From NCBI GenBank assembly GCA_963838375.1, contig CAWIQY010000021.1, forward strand, positions 308,955-372,954: 64,000 nt of DNA. Direction: 5' to 3'. The notes under the pieces are model-generated. The model saw only the letters and a program-made list of their open reading frames with translations, was not told the origin of the DNA and did not search any database. Numbering within the stretch: the stretch's first letter is position 1; every line of letters starts with the position of its first letter. Of this stretch, positions 9,243-19,136 are shown one piece after another. Position numbers and translations under genes: made by a program. Origin of the DNA: an uncultured cyanobacterium (GTDB taxonomy: Bacteria > Cyanobacteriota > Cyanobacteriia > Cyanobacteriales > Geitlerinemataceae).

Positions 9243-12200
9243 ATGCCACGTCGTACAGATCTCAAAAAAATTCTACTCCTTGGTTCGGGTCCGATCGTCA
9301 TCGGACAAGCTTGCGAATTCGATTATTCAGGCACACAAGCTTGTAAAGCATTGCGGGAAGAAGGATACGAGGTGGTACTGGTCAATTCCAACCCCGCCAC
9401 CATTATGACCGATCCCGAAACCGCCGATCGGACGTATATCGAACCCCTGACCCCGGAAATCGTCGCCAAAGTCATCGAGAAAGAGCGTCCCGATGCGGTG
9501 TTGCCGACCATGGGGGGACAAACGGCGCTGAACTTAGCGGTGGCGCTGTCGGAGGATGGAACCTTAGACAAGTACGGCGTGGAACTGATCGGTGCGAAAC
9601 TCCCGGCAATTAAAAAAGCGGAAGACCGGGAACTGTTCAAAGATGCCATGGAAAAAATCGGCGTCGCGGTGTGTCCGTCGGGAATTGCCAATAGCCTCGA
9701 CGAAGCCAAACAAGTCGAGATCGAAATCGGCACCTATCCTCTAATTATTCGTCCAGCGTTCACTATGGGCGGCACGGGGGGCGGTATTTCCTATAACCAG
9801 GAAGAATTTGAGGAAATGGCACAAGGGGGCTTGGATGCCTCTCCCAACACGCAAATCCTGGTGGAAAAATCTCTATTGGGATGGAAAGAGTACGAACTGG
9901 AAGTGATGCGAGATTTGGCAGATAACGTCGTGATTATCTGTTCGATCGAAAATCTCGATCCCATGGGGATTCATACCGGAGATTCGATTACCGTTGCTCC
10001 AGCGCAAACCTTGACGGATAAAGAGTATCAGCGGTTGCGGGATGCTTCTGTCGCCATTATCCGGGAAATTGGGGTGGAAACTGGGGGTTCTAATATTCAG
10101 TTTGCCGTCAATCCCGTCAATGGCGACTTTATCGTCATTGAGATGAACCCTCGGGTATCTCGGAGTTCGGCGCTGGCATCGAAAGCCACAGGATTTCCCA
10201 TCGCCAAGTTTGCTGCGAAGTTAGCAGTTGGCTACACTTTGGACGAAATTAAAAATGATATAACCAAGAAGACTCCCGCCAGTTTTGAACCGACGATCGA
10301 TTATGTCGTCACCAAAATTCCCCGGTTTGCCTTCGAGAAATTCCCCGGAACTCAACCGATTTTGACCACGCAGATGAAGTCGGTGGGGGAAGCTATGGCG
10401 ATCGGACGGACGTTCTCCGAGTCGTTCCAGAAAGCCATGCGATCGCTGGAAACCGGACGAGCTGGGTGGGGCTGCGATCGTTCCGAGAAACTCCCCAACT
10501 TATCCCACATTCGCGCCGGACTGCGAACTCCCAACCCCGATCGAATTTTCACCGTCCACCAAGCGCTGCAAATGGGGATGACGGTGGAGGAAATCTACGA
10601 GCTCACCGGAATCGATCCCTGGTTCTTGGATAAGTTTGAACAAATCCTGGAAACCGAAAAATTCATCAAGCGGACGCCACTAACTCAAATCACCAAAGAG
10701 CAATTGTGGGAAGTCAAACGGGACGGATTTAGCGATCGGCAAATCGCCTTTGCCACCAAAACCACCGAAGATGAAGTTCGCGCCTATCGCAAACGCCTGG
10801 ATGTGGTTCCGGCATACAAAGTTGTCGATACCTGTGCAGCAGAATTTGAAGCTTTCACGCCCTACTACTACTCCACCTACGAGGAAGAATCGGAGGTGAT
10901 GCCCTCGGATAAACCCAAGGTGATGATCCTCGGCGGCGGACCCAACCGCATCGGACAGGGGATCGAATTCGACTACTGCTGTTGTCACGCCTCCTACGCC
11001 CTGCGAGAGCAAGGATATGAGACGATTATGGTCAACTCCAACCCGGAAACCGTTTCCACCGACTACGATACCAGCGATCGTCTCTATTTTGAACCGCTGA
11101 CAAAAGAAGACGTTCTTAACATTATCGAAGCCGAAAATCCCGTCGGCATTATCATCCAATTTGGCGGTCAAACCCCGTTGAAATTGGCAGTACCCCTCTC
11201 CAAAGTGAACGCACCAATTTGGGGAACCTCGCCCGATTCCATCGACGCCGCAGAGGATCGCGAACGGTTTGAACAAATTCTGCGGAAACTGGATATTTTG
11301 CAACCGCCCAACGGTTTAGCTCGCAGTTACAAAGAAGCGTTAGCTGTTGCCAAGCGGGTGAGTTATCCCGTGGTGGTACGTCCTAGCTACGTTCTCGGGG
11401 GTCGTGCCATGGAAATCGTCTACTCCGACTCGGAATTGGAACGCTACATGACGTTTGCGGTACAAGTCGAACCGGATCATCCCATTTTAATTGATAAGTT
11501 CCTGGAAAATGCGGTAGAAGTGGATGTAGACGCGATCGCCGACAAAACCGGACGAGTCGTCATCGGGGGCATTATGGAACACATCGAACAAGCGGGAATT
11601 CACTCCGGGGATTCTGCCTGTTCCTTACCCTATGTGGGGTTATCGGAGTCGGCAGTTGCCACCATTCGCGAGTGGACGGTACAACTGGCAAACGAACTGA
11701 ATGTCATTGGATTGATGAACGTTCAATATGCGGTACAAGGGGAACAGGTTTACATCCTGGAAGCTAATCCCCGCGCCTCGCGAACGGTTCCCTTCGTCTC
11801 TAAAGCAATTGGGGTTCCCCTGGCGAAATTGGCATCGCGGGTGATGTCTGGGGAAACGCTGGAATCTCTCGGATTTACCGAGGAAAAGATTCCCCAACAC
11901 ATCGCCGTGAAAGAAGCGGTGTTGCCGTTTAATAAGTTTCCCGGTAGTGATACATTATTGGGACCGGAAATGCGATCGACTGGGGAAGTGATGGGCATCG
12001 ATACCAGTTTTGGCAAAGCCTTTGCCAAGGCAGAGTTGGGCGCTGGGGAACGGTTGCCGCTTTCGGGAACGGTGTTTGTGTCGATGACCGATCGGGAAAA
12101 ACCACGGGTTGTGCCTGTTGTCAAGGATTTGATGGAGTTAGGCTTCAAAATTGTCGCCACTGCCGGAACTCGAAAAGTCTTGCAAGAACACGGCATCGAC

Positions 12201-12458
12201 GATGTGGAATTGGTGCTCAAACTTTCAGAAGGTCGTCCCCACGTTTTGGATGTCATTAAAAATGGGCAAATTCAGATCATCCTCAATACGCCTTCTGGGG
12301 AAGATGCTCAAGCTGAGGGTCAACTGATTCGCCGCACGGCATTGGGGTACAAGATTCCGTTGATTACGACGATCGCTGGGGCGAAGGCAACGGCAGCGGC
12401 AATTCGATCGTTGCAATCGGAAACACAAGAGGTGAAGGCATTGCAGGATTATTTTTAA
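9243..12458 (+). CDS. carB: Carbamoyl-phosphate synthase large subunit
   Basis: 1071 aa. Two ATP-grasp halves are present (duplicated IEMNPR/LEANPR motifs), with an oligomerisation domain and a C-terminal MGS-like domain. Confidence 0.97.
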   Translation: MPRRTDLKKILLLGSGPIVIGQACEFDYSGTQACKALREEGYEVVLVNSNPATIMTDPETADRTYIEPLTPEIVAKVIEKERPDAVLPTMGGQTALNLAVALSEDGTLDKYGVELIGAKLPAIKKAEDRELFKDAMEKIGVAVCPSGIANSLDEAKQVEIEIGTYPLIIRPAFTMGGTGGGISYNQEEFEEMAQGGLDASPNTQILVEKSLLGWKEYELEVMRDLADNVVIICSIENLDPMGIHTGDSITVAPAQTLTDKEYQRLRDASVAIIREIGVETGGSNIQFAVNPVNGDFIVIEMNPRVSRSSALASKATGFPIAKFAAKLAVGYTLDEIKNDITKKTPASFEPTIDYVVTKIPRFAFEKFPGTQPILTTQMKSVGEAMAIGRTFSESFQKAMRSLETGRAGWGCDRSEKLPNLSHIRAGLRTPNPDRIFTVHQALQMGMTVEEIYELTGIDPWFLDKFEQILETEKFIKRTPLTQITKEQLWEVKRDGFSDRQIAFATKTTEDEVRAYRKRLDVVPAYKVVDTCAAEFEAFTPYYYSTYEEESEVMPSDKPKVMILGGGPNRIGQGIEFDYCCCHASYALREQGYETIMVNSNPETVSTDYDTSDRLYFEPLTKEDVLNIIEAENPVGIIIQFGGQTPLKLAVPLSKVNAPIWGTSPDSIDAAEDRERFEQILRKLDILQPPNGLARSYKEALAVAKRVSYPVVVRPSYVLGGRAMEIVYSDSELERYMTFAVQVEPDHPILIDKFLENAVEVDVDAIADKTGRVVIGGIMEHIEQAGIHSGDSACSLPYVGLSESAVATIREWTVQLANELNVIGLMNVQYAVQGEQVYILEANPRASRTVPFVSKAIGVPLAKLASRVMSGETLESLGFTEEKIPQHIAVKEAVLPFNKFPGSDTLLGPEMRSTGEVMGIDTSFGKAFAKAELGAGERLPLSGTVFVSMTDREKPRVVPVVKDLMELGFKIVATAGTRKVLQEHGIDDVELVLKLSEGRPHVLDVIKNGQIQIILNTPSGEDAQAEGQLIRRTALGYKIPLITTIAGAKATAAAIRSLQSETQEVKALQDYF

Positions 12459-12574
12459 TGGGGTAATGGCCATTGGTGAAAGGTTAAGCAATTTTAGCAG
12501 ATGTCAAGTTGACGATCTCGAATAGCTAGACCCCTTTGATGCTAATGTTTTCCACGATTTCACTCTTGTGCGCG

Positions 12575-12650
12575 GGGGGTTTGGGGGCGGCGCAAGGCCC
12601 CCGACGGGGGGTTTGGGGGGAGACCCCCCAAGGGCCGGGTTTTCAGTCAA
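12575..12650. repeat. G-rich repeat element (GGGGGGTTTGGGGG iterated, interleaved C-runs) about 120 nt downstream of carB; potential G-quadruplex or GC-hairpin structure
   Basis: At least four G-runs of 5-6 nt lie within 60 nt on the + strand. GGGGGGAGACCCCCC and GGGGGCGGCGCAAGGCCCCC can each fold as hairpins. Confidence 0.6.
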
Positions 12651-12783
12651 TTATGGGGAAGTTGACAATATGAATACAACCTTAACCTTTCACCAATGGG
12701 TAATGGCTATCTCAAAAACCATTACCCTCGCTTGTTGTATGATATGGCTGTAGTTTGAAGCACGCCCTAAATAGAGATCGACA

Positions 12784-14082
12784 ATGCTAACAACAGTGAT
12801 TTGGTGGGGATGGATCGCTTTCTGTATCGTGGTGGCGATCGTTCTCATTGGATTTTATCTGCGAGGAGCCTTTCGCGATCGCCTTCGCTACAAGGTTATC
12901 GACGCTCCCTCGCCGGATACTCCTTATTTCCCCTATTGTTTAGCAAGTACAACCAACTCTTCGATCGTCAATAGCACGATTACGGATTTCTGGAACGAAC
13001 CGAACGAAATTCAACAAGCACGAACTGACGCGATCGCCAAAGCCCAACACACCATCGATTTTGAAACCTTCTTCATGACTCCGGGCAAACGAGCCGATGA
13101 TTTTGCCCTAGCGATCGCCGAACGAGCGGCTGCCGGTGTTGAAGTTCGCTTGATTGTCGATTCTTACGGAACCAAAGATATATCCAAAAAATATTGGCAA
13201 AACTTGAAAAGAGCGGGAGTAAAAATCTCTTTTTTCAACCCCTTTAATTGGAAAGCGCCTCTAGATTACGCGGGACGAACCCATCGGAAGTTACTGATTG
13301 TTGACGGTAAATTTGCATTAATCGGTGGTGCCGGTATTTCCGATCTGTGGGACGGTAAGGAAAAAGAGGATGACACCCAACCTTGGTTGGATGTGGAACT
13401 CCGTTTAGAAGGAGAAGCGATCGGCTTTTTATCCGGAATTTTTTCTCAACATTGGACTTTCGACGATCGTACCGCAAATTTCGCGAAAGAGAAATTTCAA
13501 ACAATTGGCGATCGAGAAAAATTAGAGAACTTAACCATTCTTGTCCCTGGAGCAAATCCGAGCATCCGCTTTTCGCCGATTCAAACATTTAAATATAACA
13601 GTATTATTTGTGCCAGAAAACAAATTTGGTTAGCAAGCCCTTACTTTTTACCCGATCTTCACTCGATCGACCTTTTAGTCGCCGCCAAGAAAAGAGGAGT
13701 AGACGTAAGAATTCTCACCACCAGCAAACGCACGGACAAAAAACCGATTTACTATGCTTCTTACGAGCATTATGGCAAGTTACTGCAAGGAGGGGTAGAA
13801 ATTTATGAATTTCAGCCCAGCATGACTCATGCCAAAATGCTTTTAATTGACGATCTTTGGGCAACAACTGGCAGTGCTAACTTCGATCCTCGCAGTTTAG
13901 TTCATAACGAAGAACTGGATATTTGTAGCTTGCAGCCCAAACTGGTTCGAGGAATTCAAAAAACTTTTGAAAAAGGGTTTTCTCAAAGCCGGCGCATTTT
14001 GTATCCCGAGTGGAAACATCGCTCTTTATTCAAGCATCGGATTTTAGGAAATATGGTGAAGTTCTTTCAGTGGCAGTTATAA
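12784..14082 (+). CDS. cls: Phospholipase D-family protein / cardiolipin synthase, two HKD motifs, N-terminal transmembrane helix
   Basis: 432 aa. HKD motif 1 is HRKLLIVDG and HKD motif 2 is HAKMLLIDD...GSANFD. A hydrophobic N-terminus is present. Confidence 0.85.
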   Translation: MLTTVIWWGWIAFCIVVAIVLIGFYLRGAFRDRLRYKVIDAPSPDTPYFPYCLASTTNSSIVNSTITDFWNEPNEIQQARTDAIAKAQHTIDFETFFMTPGKRADDFALAIAERAAAGVEVRLIVDSYGTKDISKKYWQNLKRAGVKISFFNPFNWKAPLDYAGRTHRKLLIVDGKFALIGGAGISDLWDGKEKEDDTQPWLDVELRLEGEAIGFLSGIFSQHWTFDDRTANFAKEKFQTIGDREKLENLTILVPGANPSIRFSPIQTFKYNSIICARKQIWLASPYFLPDLHSIDLLVAAKKRGVDVRILTTSKRTDKKPIYYASYEHYGKLLQGGVEIYEFQPSMTHAKMLLIDDLWATTGSANFDPRSLVHNEELDICSLQPKLVRGIQKTFEKGFSQSRRILYPEWKHRSLFKHRILGNMVKFFQWQL

Positions 14083-14086
14083 ACTA

Positions 14087-14361
14087 GCGATCGCCTCCCA
14101 GACTGCCGGATCGATATCAACATTATAGGATTTCCGATTCCATTGTGACGATCGATCGTTTTCCCAGTTGAACTTCGTTAAAAACTCGTGTCACGAACAC
14201 TTTCTCAGCTAAATTTCGGCTCTATTTTTGCCAACTTATTGAGAATAGAGTCATTTGTAGGACGAGTTGACGGGGGTTTTGAGGTGTGGTATTCTAATTC
14301 TAGGGCGAAGCTATATCTACTTATCGTACAAAAAAGAATTTGAGTCGATCGCTATTGGAAC
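14087..14361. repeat. Dispersed repeat, copy A (~250-275 bp), starting 4 nt after the cls stop codon
   Basis: About 93% identical over ~245 bp to 17065-17306. Its 3' ~75 bp also matches 16388-16462. It contains a conserved TTGACG-N17-TATTCT promoter-like motif and the core GCGAAGCTATATCTACTTATCGTAC. Confidence 0.85.
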
Positions 14362-14384
14362 TTTAAACATCGCAATTCCCTACT

Positions 14385-14525
14385 TTAGATAACACTCACT
14401 GAGTACGATCGAATGGCTGCATCTACTGTAGCAATAGTTAGTCCATTTTGTAAGGCTTGACAAATCAAGATTCGATCGAATGGATCGCGATGAAGTGGGG
14501 GTAACTGAGCTAATTGAGCAACACT
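14385..14525 (-). pseudogene. vapC: vapC (PIN-domain toxin) C-terminal fragment, separated from its N-terminal part by an IS insertion
   Basis: Minus-strand translation ...SVAQLAQLPPLHRDPFDRILICQALQNGLTIATVDAAIRSYSVSVI* shows the canonical PIN C-terminal HRDPFDRlLiAQA motif. The piece is below 60 aa, so it is not in the ORF track. Confidence 0.6.
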
Positions 14526-15862
14526 AATTTCATCTTTTCTTCCTGCTGGAGACCCTCGGCTCTGCCGATGGGAGGAAAGCAGGGCAGGGTTTAAGTCCTT
14601 TCCTGTTTACATTTTGCGTGGTATAATGTGAGCTATGGTTGAAAAAGCTTACAAGTACCGTTTTTACCCAACACAAGCGCAAGAAAATCTTTTGCGACGG
14701 ACAATGGGGTGTGTACGGAAAGTTTACAACTTGGCGTTGGCTGCTAGAACCGAAGCATGGTACGAAAGACAAGAAAGAGTTCAGTATAAGGAAACTTCTA
14801 GTCTTTTGACCAATTGGAAAAAGACCGAAGATTTGGATTTTCTCAACGAGGTTAGCTGCGTACCGTTGCAACAGTGTCTGAGACATCTGCAAAAAGCATT
14901 TGCTAATTTCTGGGGTAAACGTGCCAAGATATCCTCGTTTTAAAGCCAAGCGTAATGGTGGTTCGGCTGAATTTACCAAGTCGGCTTTTAAGTACAGAGA
15001 TGGAAAACTCTGGCTTGCTAAATGCAAAGATCCATTGCCAATTGTTTGGTCTAGGCTTTTGCCAGAAGAATGTAGTCCATCTACTGTTACAATCAAACTC
15101 GACCCTTCTGGTCGGTGGTTTGTTTCTTTGCTGGTAGAGGACTACACTGTTGAGGTATTGCCACCAACTGATAAAAAGGTTGGTATTGACGTTGGTATCT
15201 CTAGTCTGTTGTGTACTAGCGATGGCGACAAGATATCCAACCCTAAGCATTTCAATCGGCTGTATAAGAAACTCAAAGCAGCGCAAAAGGAACTGAGTCG
15301 GAAAACCAAAGGCTCTAGTAACCGAGACAAAGCGCGACTTAAAGTAGCTCGAATACACGCCAAAATTAACGATGCTCGTACCGACTTTCTTCACAAGCTG
15401 ACTACTAGCTTGGTCAGAGCAAATAACTTGATTGCTATTGAAGACCTGGCAATTAGGAATATGGTGAAAAACCACAAACTTGCTCGAAGTATCAGCGATG
15501 CCTCTTGGGGTGAGTTTTTCCGTCAACTTGAGTATAAATGTGAGTGGTACGGGCGGAAACTGGTCAAAATTGACCGATTTTTTCCTAGTAGTAAGCGATG
15601 TAACCATTGCGGTTTTGTAATGGATAAACTGCCGTTGGATGTTCGTAGTTGGGATTGTCCTAACTGCAACACTAAAGGCATCGACAGAGACATCAATGCT
15701 GGAAAGAATATACTCGCTGCGGGACTCGCAGTGACTGTCTGTGGAGCGAACGTAAGACCCGATAACCATGATGTTAAAGGGCAGTTGCGAAAAACCCGTA
15801 AGGGAAGGAAACAGAAACCTAAGTCGTGAGTCTTAGGAATCCCCCGACTCCGTCGGCGGGAG
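14526..15862 (+). mobile_element. IS200/IS605-family TnpB-only insertion sequence (IS1341-like), inserted inside vapC
   Basis: Its boundaries are inferred from the two vapC fragments that abut it. Subterminal sequences are similar at both ends (LE ccctcggctctgccgatgggagg; RE cccccgactccgtcggcgggagg, with a ccgac/gtcgg hairpin). No TnpA/Y1 transposase gene is present. Confidence 0.65.
14635..15829 (+). pseudogene. tnpB: tnpB (IS605 OrfB-family RNA-guided nuclease-like) with a frameshift near 14925-14940
   Basis: The N-terminal frame (14635-14943) ends ...AFANFWGKRAKISSF*. A second frame (14900-15829) continues ...PRYPRFKAKRNGG... with RuvC-I (VGIDVGIS), a zinc finger (CNHCGF...CPNCN) and RuvC-III (IDRDINAGKNIL). 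One extra base near 'aagatatcc' explains the break. Confidence 0.85.
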
Positions 15863-16105
15863 GATGTCAACTATAGGAAGGCTAGAAATCTGATGCAAAA
15901 TACGTTGTTTGGGGAGATAGACTTCAGGGGGTTCCGGTAATGGAAGTTTGCCCAACTGATACTTGATAATCGATTCCCAGATAGAAGCCACACTCAGATA
16001 TACTGTATTATCTGAGTCTCGAACAGCATCTCGAACATCTGCTGACAACCGACTATCCCCACTAATGAACCAGAGAAAAATATGGGTATCTAGCAGAATA
16101 TTCAT
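15863..16105 (-). pseudogene. vapC: vapC (PIN-domain toxin) N-terminal fragment; in the ORF-track translation its last 9 codons (LPPTESGDS*) are IS right-end sequence
   Basis: MNILLDTHIFLWFISGDSRLSADVRDAVRDSDNTVYLSVASIWESIIKYQLGKLPLPEPPEVYLPKQRILHQISSLPIVDI is a canonical PIN N-terminal domain (LLDT..., WE..IK, the LPI- motif). Joining it to the fragment at 14385-14525 restores ...LPIVDI-SVAQLAQLPPLHRDPFDR... Confidence 0.6.
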
Positions 16106-16341
16106 GCACCCTCGAAAGCACTCACAATCTCTTCTGGTAGGGGTGCATCGAAATCATCTGGCACTTTGAATTCACCCGCACATAAGCCAAAAGGTCGTAG
16201 CTGCTTACTATCGATCGAAACGGGTCGGAGTTCGGCGATCGGTTTATCCGCTTGGAGGATGATGAAAGTGACACCCGCTTCGACTTGGCGCAGATATTTT
16301 AGGGGATCGCGCCCAATTTCATCGATAGTTATACTCAACAT
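16102..16341 (-). CDS. vapB: Type II antitoxin (VapB/Phd-YefM-like), immediately upstream of and overlapping the vapC start by 4 nt
   Basis: 79 aa. Its position, size and C-terminal acidic tail (PDDFDAPLPEEI) are typical of the antitoxin partner of PIN toxins. Confidence 0.55.
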   Translation of the reverse strand: MLSITIDEIGRDPLKYLRQVEAGVTFIILQADKPIAELRPVSIDSKQLRPFGLCAGEFKVPDDFDAPLPEEIVSAFEGA

Positions 16342-16387
16342 AGTGTTAGCCTTGTTTCATATAATTGTAGGCGATCGGAATCTAATG

Positions 16388-16462
16388 GTGGTATTTTGAT
16401 TTCATAGCGAAGCTATACCTACTTATCGTACAAAAAACAATTTGAGTCGATCGCTATTGACG
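16388..16462. repeat. Dispersed repeat, partial copy C (3' ~75 bp), upstream of vapB
   Basis: ggtattttgatttcatagcgaagctatacctacttatcgtacaaaaaacaatttgagtcgatcgctattg matches the 3' end of copy A (14287-14358). Confidence 0.8.
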
Positions 16463-16496
16463 CTTCCAAAATGGGTGATGGGTATATACCTCATTC

Positions 16497-17060
16497 TTAA
16501 TCGAGTAACCAAGCAAACAAATCCCCGACAGTTAGCTGTAACTCGCTAGCAAATGATGGCATCGGTAGTAACTCATCCGGGGAGTCAAAAACCTCCGTCT
16601 CTTGCTTAGAACGATAAACAAACACGGTCTTTTCGTCAGGATCGATTAACCACCCCATTTGCGTCCCGTATTTGAGACAATGAAGAATGTTTTTGGTGAC
16701 CTTGGTCTGACTCTGGTCGGGAGATAAAATCTCAATTGTCCAATCCGGAGGGAGGGAAAAAGTATTGGCAACTTCTCCGTTCTCGTCTCGAGGAATCCGA
16801 CTCCACACAAAAACAGCAATATCGGGAACCGTCGAACGTCCCCCGAACGTACAGCGTAATTCCGGAAATGCACGAGCCAATCGTTTAGGCTTTAAGACAC
16901 TATTGATTGCCGGAACGAATTCTCCTTGAATCGTGCTGTGCTTTCCTTGCGGCATGGGTTTTTGGACGATTTTTCCATCGATATATTCGCTGGCAGGTGT
17001 GGTTTCGGGTTGTTGCAGAAACGCTTCTAAAGTTAGAGTTTTTGATTGTGTTTGTACCAT
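16497..17060 (-). CDS. Uma2-family (DUF820) restriction-endonuclease-like protein, second copy
   Basis: 187 aa with the same family signature as 4039-4623 (...ASEYIDGKIV...). Its start codon abuts repeat copy B. Confidence 0.7.
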   Translation of the reverse strand: MVQTQSKTLTLEAFLQQPETTPASEYIDGKIVQKPMPQGKHSTIQGEFVPAINSVLKPKRLARAFPELRCTFGGRSTVPDIAVFVWSRIPRDENGEVANTFSLPPDWTIEILSPDQSQTKVTKNILHCLKYGTQMGWLIDPDEKTVFVYRSKQETEVFDSPDELLPMPSFASELQLTVGDLFAWLLD

Positions 17061-17064
17061 TTTA

Positions 17065-17306
17065 CGATCGCCTCCCAGACTGCCAGACCGATATCAACAT
17101 TATAGGATTTCCGATTCCATTGTGACGATCGATCGTTTTCCCAGTTGAACTTCGTTAAAAACTCGTGTCACGAAAACTTTTCCAGCTAAATTTCGGCTCG
17201 ATTTCACCCAAATTATTGAGAATAGAGTCATTTGTAGGACGAGTTGACGGGGGTTTTTGGATGTGGTATTCTAAGTATGGGGCGAAGCTATATCTACTTA
17301 TCGTAC
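17065..17306. repeat. Dispersed repeat, copy B (~245 bp), starting 4 nt beyond the Uma2 start codon
   Basis: It aligns with copy A (14087-14329) with a few substitutions or indels. The same TTGACG-N17-TATTCT motif and the GCGAAGCTATATCTACTTATCGTAC core are present. Confidence 0.85.
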
Positions 17307-17449
17307 GATAATCGAATGAATTCGATCGCCATGAGAACTGCAAAAAGCGCAATTCCATGAAAATCGCTAACTCACTTCAACCAGAGAACGGACGCTTAAG
17401 ACTTCATCTAGACTTAATGCTTTAACCGCCGATAAGGGAACTCGATTCA

Positions 17450-18940
17450 TTACCAAGGACTACCAATGAGGGTGAAGGCTGCCCAAAAGTAGGGATGATT
17501 GAAAAAGAATTCTTCAGTTTCATTATTTTGTATTTCTGTAGATGCTTGCACCAATTGAACTAAATCTGAAGGTAAATTGATCGATGCTGGTTCTTCACCT
17601 ATTGAAATTGAAACTTTCATTTGACCATTTTTAGTAAGATAAATCTTTTTTTGGAGCATATTAACTTGTAGCTGTTGTAAAGCTTTCGCTTTATAGAACC
17701 ATATTGGTTGTCGCATAAATTCTAGATTTCGATTCCCCGGAAACTCCCTAGGATATCGACGCATCATTATATAAGCAGAAATATGATGGGCTTTCCACTG
17801 CGTCGCTAAAATAGTCTTTATATCTCGTTCCTGGACTAATTTTTCTAGTCCTAACTGTCCATTTTCATTTCCAGATGCTGTGTTACAAGCACTGAGAACT
17901 AAAAGCTCTACTTCACGATTTTTCAGCATTTCTTGGAGATTGTCAAAAAGTAAATTTGAATCCCACAAGCGAAGATAGGATTCAGATGGAGTTTCTGAAT
18001 TGAACACTCCATGAGTAGCGATATGAACAATATCAAGCGAATTTTTGGCAAGTTTTGAGCGAATATTTTCGATAGTGAAGTCCCGATTGATTAGAGGTGG
18101 GACTAGAGTGCTATTGTCTCCATTTGTTACCCATTCTCCTCCTTCAATCCGCTCGTCGGCTCCTCTCTTCCATTGACCGCTGACTGATTGAAGTTCGGAC
18201 TCTATACCCGGTAAATCGGCAGCTTCAGATTCAGTATCTTTATACTTCGAGGCTCCCATTACTACAAGATCGAGACTTCTATCTTGCTCTTCGTAGGGAA
18301 TACTAACTTTCTGACTAAAATCGATGATTTGATTGAGATCGAGAATTCTAGATATCGAATAATCCTCAATAAGATAATGACGATTTGTCTCGTTATAAAG
18401 TACTTCTAGTGGAAACAGAGGGACTTGAAGATTTACCGAAAAAATCAAGGTGTCTATATTTTGTTGCTTTAACGTATTCTCTATCGGTGCGATCAGCCAC
18501 TGATAGAGTTGTTTGGCGTGCGGGCGATAGGAATCTTCATCGATCTTGCTAAAATCAGCCACTTCTTCTTTCAAAGATTCTACGGCTGAGCGAAGTTGTT
18601 CGAGACTCACCAATGGCGCTTTAGAATTTGAAGGTGAAAACTTCCCTGCTTTAGTAAATAAAACAAGATTTAATTGACCGTTGACAATTTCAAGACAAAG
18701 TGCGGCTGGTTTTTGCTGAGTTTTAGTCTCGATCGTCCTTAAAGCGCTGTGAAGCTCATTTTCGTATTCTACATTGCATTTAGAATCCTCACTTACCGCA
18801 TTACTGAGGTGAACGCTGGAAGATCGAGCCGGTGTGAGAGCTTGGGAGGTGAAGGTCAGCACTCCAACCATTAGAGATGCGACAGTTCCGGCAAATGCGG
18901 TTCTTGCGAACCCAGACTTGACTTTGGCTGTATATTTCAT
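17450..18940 (-). CDS. CHAT-domain (caspase-like) peptidase with N-terminal signal/anchor sequence
   Basis: 496 aa. The catalytic dyad context is HIATHGVFN (His) and LVLSACNTASG (Cys). A hydrophobic N-terminus is present (TAFAGTVASLMVGVLTF). Confidence 0.8.
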   Translation of the reverse strand: MKYTAKVKSGFARTAFAGTVASLMVGVLTFTSQALTPARSSSVHLSNAVSEDSKCNVEYENELHSALRTIETKTQQKPAALCLEIVNGQLNLVLFTKAGKFSPSNSKAPLVSLEQLRSAVESLKEEVADFSKIDEDSYRPHAKQLYQWLIAPIENTLKQQNIDTLIFSVNLQVPLFPLEVLYNETNRHYLIEDYSISRILDLNQIIDFSQKVSIPYEEQDRSLDLVVMGASKYKDTESEAADLPGIESELQSVSGQWKRGADERIEGGEWVTNGDNSTLVPPLINRDFTIENIRSKLAKNSLDIVHIATHGVFNSETPSESYLRLWDSNLLFDNLQEMLKNREVELLVLSACNTASGNENGQLGLEKLVQERDIKTILATQWKAHHISAYIMMRRYPREFPGNRNLEFMRQPIWFYKAKALQQLQVNMLQKKIYLTKNGQMKVSISIGEEPASINLPSDLVQLVQASTEIQNNETEEFFFNHPYFWAAFTLIGSPW

Positions 18941-19136
18941 TGAAACCTCAAGAGTTAGTTGGAAGAAATGAATAGCTAAAGCTTAATGAAGTTAGCTATA
19001 AAAATCAAGATTTGTGCAAAAAATGTCACAGTTTTATTTTTTGTGTAAAAATATTCACAACTGTGTCTTTCATTGCTGTCAGCTTTATCGATATACTGGC
19101 GTCAACTCAAAAAAACGGTAATACCGGAGAAGAAAC

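Noticed and set aside
10680-12256. Minus-strand ORFs of 207 and 168 aa inside carB
   Set aside because: They lie inside a highly conserved + strand gene and show no recognisable protein family.
12568-12753. 61-aa ORF MRGGFGGGARPPTGG...
   Set aside because: The translation is driven entirely by the G-run repeat element. It has a poly-Gly composition and no start context, and the sequence is more plausibly a structural DNA/RNA element.
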